64,000 bases of DNA from Sedimentisphaerales bacterium (GTDB lineage Bacteria; Planctomycetota; Phycisphaerae; Sedimentisphaerales; Anaerobacaceae). The position numbers and the translations under genes are program-made. Under the pieces are notes generated by a model, which ran no database searches, was not told the origin of the DNA, and was given only the letters and a program-made list of their open reading frames with translations. The DNA lies in contig JAXGYC010000007.1 of the NCBI GenBank assembly GCA_040772485.1, forward strand, positions 384,001 to 448,000, given 5' to 3'. How positions within the stretch are numbered: the first letter of the stretch is position 1; each line of letters starts with the position of its first letter. Below are positions 27,279 through 34,844 of the stretch, piece after piece.

Positions 27279-29162
27279 ATGACGTTCAGGGTAAGACAGC
27301 TTCCGCACAATCTGCTGTTCTTGGCGCTGTGCTTCGTCTATCTATGGCTCGTCGTCGAGCCTGATCTGCTCTATCATTGCTTCGGAACGATTCTTCCGGC
27401 TGCACCTCTGTTCGCCACGGGAAAGGCATTCCTGCTGGACCGGTTAGACGCGCCCGGCGGGGGCATCCTCTACGTGGCCGGGCTGCTCTCGCAGGGGTAC
27501 TACTACCCGTGGCTGGGTGCGGCGATCATCGTGCTGGCGGCACTGGGGATGGCCGAGTTGTTCCGGCGGCACCTTGCTCTGGTCGGGGTGACGCGGCCTG
27601 CCTGGCTGACCAGCCTGCCGGCAGTGGCATTCTTCCTGATCTACAGCCGCTACAAGCATCCGCTGGCGATCTGCCTGACCGTCGCGTTCGGGCTGACTCT
27701 ATCGCTCGTGTTCGAGAGACTCGCCCTTCGCCGCACCATGACGCGTGTCGCAGGATACTGCCTGATCGCCGCCTTCGGCTTCTGGATGGGCGGTTCCGGG
27801 ACGTTGATGGTATTTGCCATCCTGACGGCGGCACATGCGCTGCTCCTTCGCAGGGACTGGACGGTGGCGATTCTCGTCCTGCCGGCAAGTGTCGCGATCG
27901 TCTGGGTGCTGGCGCAATACGTGTTCCTGATCGCTCCGGGCCGGGCGTTTGTCATCCTCAGTCCGTTTGACGCGTCTCTGACTGCCGGCATGGACCGCTT
28001 CGAGACAGTCTTGGTCCTCCTGCTGTACGGGCTCGCGCCCCTAACCGTATTACTTGGGCTCGTTCGGACGCGGACGCTCGCCCGTGCACAGCATAGCCCG
28101 AAGGCCGCCAGGCCGACCAAAAAGCACAGTGCCAAGGAACGGCGAAGGCCTGTGCTGGCCCTGCTGAAAGGACCGGCATGGACGGCCCTGCCCATCGTGC
28201 TGATGGCTGTGGGACTCTACTGGGGCCATGACGAACGGCGCAAGCCCTATGTCTTGTCGAATTACTACTCCTGCCGGAGGCAGTGGGACGAGATTCTCGA
28301 ACTCGGTCATCGGTTGCCCAGGGGCATGACCAACGTCTTCGTAAACCATGACATCCTCCGGGCTATGTATCACAAGGGGCGGCTGCCCCACGACATGTTC
28401 CGGTTCCCCCTGAATCCTCACGCCCTTCTGCTGACCCACGAGGAGAAGGAGTCAGACCTGGCCTTGGCGAAACTGAGCGACGTGTTCTTTGAGCTGGGCC
28501 ACGTCAACATGGCCCAGAAGCTGGCATCCGAGCTGCTGGCCACCAAGGACCATCTTGGCGTCGCACTGGAGCGACTGGCGTGGATCAATGTCGTCAGAGA
28601 CCTCGCGAGCACCGCTCGTATCTACGCGACTGCCCTCCAGCGGGACGTCATCCATCGCGGCACGGCCGACGCCCTGCTCCACGGCCTGGAGCATGGCTTC
28701 CCGTCGGACCAGGCGGCCTTCATCGACCGGGTCCGGTCCTGTATGCTGAGCGACCCGCTGGCGGTGTTTGGCCGCGAATCGGTGGACCAGACGCTGGCCG
28801 CCCTGCTCGAGAGGAACCCACGCAACAAGATGGCGTTTGAGTACCTCATGGCGTGCCACCTGCTGACCGGCAAGCTCGACAAGATCATGGAGAACGTGGG
28901 CCGGCTCGAAGACCTTGGCTATCGCCAGGTCCCCCCTCTGTACGAGGAAGCCATCCTCATCTACTACGCATCCCAGAGGCAGAAGCCCGATCTGGGGAAG
29001 ATCAAGATAAGTTCTGAAACCATCCGAAGATACCAACGATTCGTACAGATTCGAAGCAGCTTGCAGCCCCAGAATCAGCAGGAGACGCTCAAGGTCCTGA
29101 TCCGTGAGTTTGGCGCCAGTTATTTCTTCTACTTCGCCTTTGGACAGGTGGGCCAGGTCTGA
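27279..29162 (+). CDS. DUF6057-like membrane protein (N-terminal TMs, C-terminal TPR-like domain)
   Basis: PGG...YVAGLLSQGYYYPWLGA; NKMAFEYLMACHLL; YEEAIL; FGASYFFYF C-terminus. Confidence 0.72.
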   Translation: MTFRVRQLPHNLLFLALCFVYLWLVVEPDLLYHCFGTILPAAPLFATGKAFLLDRLDAPGGGILYVAGLLSQGYYYPWLGAAIIVLAALGMAELFRRHLALVGVTRPAWLTSLPAVAFFLIYSRYKHPLAICLTVAFGLTLSLVFERLALRRTMTRVAGYCLIAAFGFWMGGSGTLMVFAILTAAHALLLRRDWTVAILVLPASVAIVWVLAQYVFLIAPGRAFVILSPFDASLTAGMDRFETVLVLLLYGLAPLTVLLGLVRTRTLARAQHSPKAARPTKKHSAKERRRPVLALLKGPAWTALPIVLMAVGLYWGHDERRKPYVLSNYYSCRRQWDEILELGHRLPRGMTNVFVNHDILRAMYHKGRLPHDMFRFPLNPHALLLTHEEKESDLALAKLSDVFFELGHVNMAQKLASELLATKDHLGVALERLAWINVVRDLASTARIYATALQRDVIHRGTADALLHGLEHGFPSDQAAFIDRVRSCMLSDPLAVFGRESVDQTLAALLERNPRNKMAFEYLMACHLLTGKLDKIMENVGRLEDLGYRQVPPLYEEAILIYYASQRQKPDLGKIKISSETIRRYQRFVQIRSSLQPQNQQETLKVLIREFGASYFFYFAFGQVGQV

Positions 29163-29274
29163 GGACCGCCCGACCCGCCGAGATCCGGGCCACGCGGGTG
29201 TGCCCGGACAGCCCGACGCATCGAAGATCTATCTCCCAGCACCATTCCGGGGTATAACGTCCGAGAAAATAGCG

Positions 29275-29303
29275 TTGCAGACCGTCCACCCATTTGATAT
29301 AAA
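29275..29303 (+). promoter_or_regulatory. Sigma70-type promoter about 400 nt upstream of gene 29700
   Basis: TTGCAG-17 nt-TATAAA with extended -10 TG. Confidence 0.55.
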
Positions 29304-29699
29304 GAAAGTGATCGTGAGGAGTAACATCTCTGGACCATTCGATGGTGGTGACCCGTCCGGGAATCGAAGGGTACAGACGCCTCGCCAGACTCAGAATCGC
29401 ACGTAGGGTCAGAGTCGGAGGACCTGGCACAGTGTATTCCTGGCATCCACAAGACAGGGGGGCGTGGAATGCATGGTTTCTGCACATGCCGGGCTCATTC
29501 TGCCCACTCCAGATACTGGCAGTCTCATTCAGGAAGGAGGTGATCCGGCCGATACCATCTCGTGGAGTCTCCGGAGGGGGAAAATGGGTCGTGGCCCGTT
29601 GCGGTTGTGCGGGTCTGTGAAGAACGTTGAACGGGGGGATGAGTGCCTGATGAGTGGTCAGTGCACCGGTTGTGTGGTCTTCTTTGAAGGAGAACTTCT

Positions 29700-32582
29700 A
29701 TGTGGAAGCGATGCACCTGTTTCGCATTTCTGATCGTGTTGCTGGCCCTGATTCAGGGCGGCACTGCCTCCGGAGCATTCAACGCAAACACAGATCCCAG
29801 TCTGGTCGGATTCTGGAACCTGAACGAGGGAACGGGCACGGTAGCGGCGGACTCGTCCCCGGGTCAGAACCACGGCACATTCAACGGCAATCCCCAGTGG
29901 GTGGAGGGTTGGCTGGGAGGAGCAGTCCTGTTCGACGGCAGCGATGATTACATCGATACCGGCTGGACCGAGAATCTCGCGACCTGGACGGTCAGCGCCT
30001 GGGTAACCAGTCCGGCTGCCCCTGCGGGAAATTCCCCCAGCGGTCCGGTCCACCGGGAGAACAACTATCAGATCAACTGGGACCACAGCGACACGGTCTA
30101 CCAGGGCGCCATCGCGGTTAACGCGGGTGGCTGGAATGCCGCCAAGTACGGTCCGGTGGATGCGGATACCTGGTACTTCGTTGTCGGGACCTATGACGGT
30201 GAGGAATTGAAGGCCTACCGCAACGGCGAGTTGATCACCACCAACAGCACTCCGTCCGGGGCCCCTTCGGCTGACGGAAACAGCCTCAAATTCGGACGGC
30301 ACGCCTCGGCGGCCCAGTACTTCAACGGCACCGTCGACGATGTCCGCGTCTACAATCGCGCACTGACACCAAGTGAGATCCTGATCGTCATGCAGGGAGG
30401 CGAGAAACCTGAGCTGGCCTCGAGACCCAACCCCGCCGACGAGGAAACCGACGTGCCGCGCGATGTTGTGATGGGCTGGACAGCCGGTGCCTATGCCGCA
30501 ACCCATGACGTCTACTTCGGTGCAAACTACGAGGACGTCAATGCCGCCGGCCGCTCGGACGCGATGGGCGTTCTGGTCAGCCAAGGGCAAACCGAGCCCT
30601 CTTACGATCCCGGACGTCTGGAATTTGCCCAGACCTATTACTGGCGCGTCGATGAGGTCAATGCGGCGCCCGATAATACGATCTTCAAAGGCGACGTCTG
30701 GAGCTTCGAGGTTGAGCCGTTCGCCTATGCGGTTCCGAATGTCATTGCCACGAGCAATGGCGCCTCTGACGCCGCCAGCGGCCCGGAGAAGACGGTTGAC
30801 GGCTCGGGCCTGAACGCCGAAGACCAGCACTCCGTCGAAGCCGACGATATGTGGGTGGCCTACGCGCCGGCCGATGGTTCGGCTCTCTACATCCAGTATG
30901 AGTTCGACGGCGTCTACAAGCTCTATGAGCTCCAGGTCTGGAACTACAACGTGATGTTCGAGAAGATGCTCGGCTTCGGTCTCAAGAACGTCACCGTGGA
31001 GTACTCCACGGACGGCGCCGAGTGGACGGCCCTGGGCGACTTCGACCTCAATCAGGCCACCGCCAAGGCGACCTACGTCTACAACTCGACGATCGACTTC
31101 CAGGGGCTGGCGGTCAAGTATGTCAAGCTCACCGTCAACAGCGGATTCGGCATGCTGGGCCAGTACGGCCTCAGCGAGGTTCGCTTCATGTACCTGCCCG
31201 TCCAGGCCAGGGAGCCGCAGCCGGCGGACGGCGCCACCGACGTGGAGGTCGGCAAGGTGATGAGCTGGCGCAGCGGTCGCGAGGCGGCCTCGCACCAGGT
31301 TCTTCTGAGCACAGACCCGAATGCTCTGACGCCGGCCGGCACAGCCGATTCGGCGAGCTTCGCACCGGCGCTGGAGTTTGGCAGCACGTATTACTGGCAG
31401 GTCGTCGAGGTCAATGAGGCCGAGGCGATCAGCACCTGGGCCGGCGATGTCTGGACCTTCTCGACGCAGGAATTTGCACTGATCGACGGATTCGAGACCT
31501 ATACCGACGACGTCGAAGCCGGCGAGGCCATTTTCGACACATGGCTCGACGGCTGGGTCAACGACAACGGCTCGACGGTGGGCTATATCGAAGCTCCGTT
31601 TGCCGAGAAGACCGTCGTTCATAGCGGTGCGCAGTCGATGCCGCTCCAGTACGACAACAGTGTCTCGCCGTTCTACTCCGAGGCGGAGCGGGTATTCGAA
31701 CCGGCCCAGAACTGGACCGGCAACGGAGCCGACAGCCTTGTGCTGTACGTCCAGGGCAATGCGCCTACCTTCCTGGAGGCACCCGACGGCAGTATCATCA
31801 TGAACGCCATCGGTACAGACATCTGGAACAACGCCGACGAATTCCGCTATGCGTACAAGAGCCTCAGCGGCAACGGCTCAATGGTGGTCCGCGTCGACAG
31901 CATCGTCAACAGTGACCCCTGGGCCAAGGCGGGCATCATGATCCGCGAATCCCTGGAGCCCGGCTCGACGCACGCTTTCGTGTGTGTGCCGGCGGCGAAC
32001 AGCATCTCGTTCCAGCGTCGTCCCGTGGTGGACGCGGCCAGTGCCAGCACCGACACGACCGGCCTCGCCGCCCCCTACTGGGTGAAGCTGACCCGAACCG
32101 GCGACGTCTTCACGGCGCAGACGTCGCCCGACGGCGCCACCTGGACGGACATCACAGTCAGTCCGGCGCTGCAGATCGCCATGCCCACCAACGTCTACAT
32201 CGGTCTGGCGGTGACCAGCCACAACGCCAGTGTGGCAACGGCGGCGGAGTTCTCCAATCTTTCGACGACCGGCAACATAACCGGCGCCTGGCAGATCGCC
32301 GAGATTGGCGTTACTCAGCCTGTCGGCAGCTCGATGGAATCCATGTACGTGACGATCGAGGACAGCGCCGGCAAGACCAAGACAGTCGCCAACGCCGACG
32401 GGGCCATCACGGCACGTCCCACGTGGCAGGAATGGATCATTCCGTACAGCGAGCTGAACGGCGTGAACCTTGCCCGAGTGCAGAGAATCGTCATCGGCGT
32501 CGGCAATGCAACCAGCCCAAGCGCCGGCGGCACCGGCACCGTCTACGTTGACGACATCGGATTCGGCCGCAAAGCTGAGTAG
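29700..32582 (+). CDS. Large secreted modular protein: LamG-like jellyroll, Ig/FN3-like repeats, discoidin domain, CBM-like C-terminal module
   Basis: Signal peptide; LVGFWNLNEGTG...WYFVVGTYDG...FNGTVDDVRVYNRALT (LamG); rest is colinear with 8419-11250. Confidence 0.82.
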   Translation: MWKRCTCFAFLIVLLALIQGGTASGAFNANTDPSLVGFWNLNEGTGTVAADSSPGQNHGTFNGNPQWVEGWLGGAVLFDGSDDYIDTGWTENLATWTVSAWVTSPAAPAGNSPSGPVHRENNYQINWDHSDTVYQGAIAVNAGGWNAAKYGPVDADTWYFVVGTYDGEELKAYRNGELITTNSTPSGAPSADGNSLKFGRHASAAQYFNGTVDDVRVYNRALTPSEILIVMQGGEKPELASRPNPADEETDVPRDVVMGWTAGAYAATHDVYFGANYEDVNAAGRSDAMGVLVSQGQTEPSYDPGRLEFAQTYYWRVDEVNAAPDNTIFKGDVWSFEVEPFAYAVPNVIATSNGASDAASGPEKTVDGSGLNAEDQHSVEADDMWVAYAPADGSALYIQYEFDGVYKLYELQVWNYNVMFEKMLGFGLKNVTVEYSTDGAEWTALGDFDLNQATAKATYVYNSTIDFQGLAVKYVKLTVNSGFGMLGQYGLSEVRFMYLPVQAREPQPADGATDVEVGKVMSWRSGREAASHQVLLSTDPNALTPAGTADSASFAPALEFGSTYYWQVVEVNEAEAISTWAGDVWTFSTQEFALIDGFETYTDDVEAGEAIFDTWLDGWVNDNGSTVGYIEAPFAEKTVVHSGAQSMPLQYDNSVSPFYSEAERVFEPAQNWTGNGADSLVLYVQGNAPTFLEAPDGSIIMNAIGTDIWNNADEFRYAYKSLSGNGSMVVRVDSIVNSDPWAKAGIMIRESLEPGSTHAFVCVPAANSISFQRRPVVDAASASTDTTGLAAPYWVKLTRTGDVFTAQTSPDGATWTDITVSPALQIAMPTNVYIGLAVTSHNASVATAAEFSNLSTTGNITGAWQIAEIGVTQPVGSSMESMYVTIEDSAGKTKTVANADGAITARPTWQEWIIPYSELNGVNLARVQRIVIGVGNATSPSAGGTGTVYVDDIGFGRKAE

Positions 32583-32635
32583 GATTGTTGAATCGTGATC
32601 CCAGCCTTACGGCTGTCGGATCTGTGGATATGTTC

Positions 32636-32669
32636 AGGGCCTATGCCATCACTGGCATAGGCCCTTTTT
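32636..32669 (+). terminator. Intrinsic terminator
   Basis: AGGGCCTATGCCA-TCAC-TGGCATAGGCCCT-TTTT, perfect 13-bp stem. Confidence 0.88.
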
Positions 32670-32704
32670 GTTACGTTCCCGAATTGCCCGGTGCGCCGTC
32701 GATG

Positions 32705-33712
32705 CTACGCACACCAGGCGCGTTCGCGGTCGAGCTTGCCGGCCAGCGTATTCTGGGCGAGAATCACGTTCTCGCGAAGCTGGAAGTCGAACATCCCGAC
32801 GCAGATGAAGTCCGCTCCGCCTTCGAAGGCAAACTTGAAGCCTTCGCGCGGGTGCAGCGCCCCGGCCGCCAGCACCTTGAACGCGATCCAGGGCTCCTTG
32901 AGGCTCTTCATGTACTCGATCGTCTCTTTCGGGTTGCGGCACCACATGTTGTCGTGAGGCTCGCCGTGCCTTTCGCCCGAGGGCCCGACGGCGTCAAACG
33001 CCTTGCGGTGCTCCTGCGCCGTCGCGGACCAGTAGTTGTCCGGATGCAGGGTCTTGACCCAGAAGTCCGGCTTGAAGCCCGCCTTGACGAAGGCCTTGAT
33101 CGTCTCGAGGTCATGGGCGCCGAGCCCGCTGGGCAGACCAAACTGCCTCATGTATTCGAGCGCTTCGCCGACGAGGTCGGTCTTGCCGTCGCGGACAGCC
33201 GCATCGGCCAACCCCCCTTGTACATACACTGCATGGGCGCCGCTATCCACGGATCGTTTGACGCCCTCCTTGATCGTACTGCCGGCGGCGCAGTCGGAGA
33301 TGAATTGGATCCGGCCGCCCCGTTCATTCCAGTAGCGATTCAGCACGCGATCGGCGGTGGGATTGCCCAGAATCGTGTTAACGCCCATCTCCTCGGCCAG
33401 CGCCAGGGTCTCGAACACCTTCTCGTCGCTGTGGTAAGCCTTGACCAGGCTCGAAACGTAGATCAGGTCGCGGCTGTGGGCCCATCCGCCGATAAGGTTG
33501 CCGCCGCAGAACATCCGGCTGACCGTCAGGTCCTTGATCTTCCCACAGGGAAAGGCTCCCGGTTGCGACTTCTCCGGGGCCTTGGCGCTGCCCTCGCTCA
33601 TCTGCGCGCGGAGATTCTGCTCCTCGAAGCTGTGCAGCCCCAGGGCCATGCCGGCCGAGGCCGCCACGGACTTCTTGATGAACCCACGTCGATCGACTTG
33701 CTTGTCTGCCAT
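32705..33712 (-). CDS. Tat-exported aldo/keto-reductase-like TIM-barrel protein (paralog 2)
   Basis: DRRGFIK twin-arginine motif; VSRMFCGGNLIGGWAHSRDL; WIAFKVLAAG; GADFICVGMFDFQ. Confidence 0.65.
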   Translation of the reverse strand: MADKQVDRRGFIKKSVAASAGMALGLHSFEEQNLRAQMSEGSAKAPEKSQPGAFPCGKIKDLTVSRMFCGGNLIGGWAHSRDLIYVSSLVKAYHSDEKVFETLALAEEMGVNTILGNPTADRVLNRYWNERGGRIQFISDCAAGSTIKEGVKRSVDSGAHAVYVQGGLADAAVRDGKTDLVGEALEYMRQFGLPSGLGAHDLETIKAFVKAGFKPDFWVKTLHPDNYWSATAQEHRKAFDAVGPSGERHGEPHDNMWCRNPKETIEYMKSLKEPWIAFKVLAAGALHPREGFKFAFEGGADFICVGMFDFQLRENVILAQNTLAGKLDRERAWCA

Positions 33713-33726
33713 ACCATCACTCCAAT

Positions 33727-34704
33727 CTACGCATGCCACGCGCGAGAGCGGTTCAACCGGCCGGTCAATATGTTCCTGGCGATGATCGCGTTCTCGCGAA
33801 CCTGAAAATCGAACATTCCGACGCACAGGAAATCGGCGCCGTTCTCAAACGCAAACTTGAAGCCATCCGAAGGATGAACCGCCCCGGCCGCCAACACCTT
33901 GTAAGCGATCCAGGGCTTGCGGACCTTCTGCATGTACGCAGCCGTCTGGTCGGGGTGTTTGTCCCAGTAGTTGTCCACGTCGTAGTTGTCGATCACATCC
34001 TTGTTCTGCCCGGGCCGCCGGGTCGACCAATAATCGGTGCTGTGGTGGGTCTTCATGTAGAAGTCCACCGGCAAAGCCGCTTCCTCGCAGGCCTTGATCG
34101 TTTCCAGCTCGTGACCGCCGACGCCCGCGATCAGGCCGTTCTGCCTGATGAATTCGACCACCTTGCCGATCAGATCGACTCGTCCGGCCCGCGTCCAGGC
34201 ATCCCCGACGTTGCCGATGACATATGCGCCGGTGGCCCCGGCGTCGATCGCCTTCTGAACGTCTCCGGTCAGGTCCTCGGCAGAGGGAACGCACTGAGCC
34301 AGCCATTGGATTCGCCCGCCCCGCTCGTCCCAGTATTTCTTGACGACGCCGAGAGAACTGGTTCCGGCGTTGATCGTATTGACGCCGGATTCCTCGCAGA
34401 GTTCGAGCGTTTCGATGATCTTCTCATCCGTGAAGTAGTGCTTCAGGAGGGACGAGACATAGATCAGGTCGCGGCTATGGGCGTAGCCGCCGATGAGATT
34501 GCCGCCGCAGATGATGCGGCTGATCGTCACATCACCGATCTTGCCGGCCGGCACCCCCGCGACGGCAGGCCCCCGCCCCCGAGGCGAGTCGTCCTGCATC
34601 GCCGCCAGCAGGGCCTTCTCCTCCAGGCTCATGGCCGAGGCAAACGCAGCCGATCCAACCAGTGAGCTTCTCAGAAACGACCGACGGTCCAGGTTCTTCG
34701 ACAT
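33727..34704 (-). CDS. Tat-exported aldo/keto-reductase-like TIM-barrel protein (paralog 1)
   Basis: DRRSFLR twin-arginine motif; ISRIICGGNLIGGYAHSRDL; WIAYKVLAAG; GADFLCVGMFDFQ. Confidence 0.65.
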   Translation of the reverse strand: MSKNLDRRSFLRSSLVGSAAFASAMSLEEKALLAAMQDDSPRGRGPAVAGVPAGKIGDVTISRIICGGNLIGGYAHSRDLIYVSSLLKHYFTDEKIIETLELCEESGVNTINAGTSSLGVVKKYWDERGGRIQWLAQCVPSAEDLTGDVQKAIDAGATGAYVIGNVGDAWTRAGRVDLIGKVVEFIRQNGLIAGVGGHELETIKACEEAALPVDFYMKTHHSTDYWSTRRPGQNKDVIDNYDVDNYWDKHPDQTAAYMQKVRKPWIAYKVLAAGAVHPSDGFKFAFENGADFLCVGMFDFQVRENAIIARNILTGRLNRSRAWHA

Positions 34705-34844
34705 CCGGCCCCCTTGACAACCAAGTCCACACGGGCAGACCCCACACGGCAGCCCATTCGGCTCACTTTCATGATACCAGAAAAGGCCGCTGCATCAAAC
34801 AGCAATAAGACAACGGCAAGCCCCGCCTGCCCGTAGCGTTCACT

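Noticed and set aside
29341..29356. T-box antiterminator (GGTGGT...)
   Set aside because: Lacks the GGTGGNACC consensus, the stem I motifs and a following terminator; downstream gene is not amino-acid related
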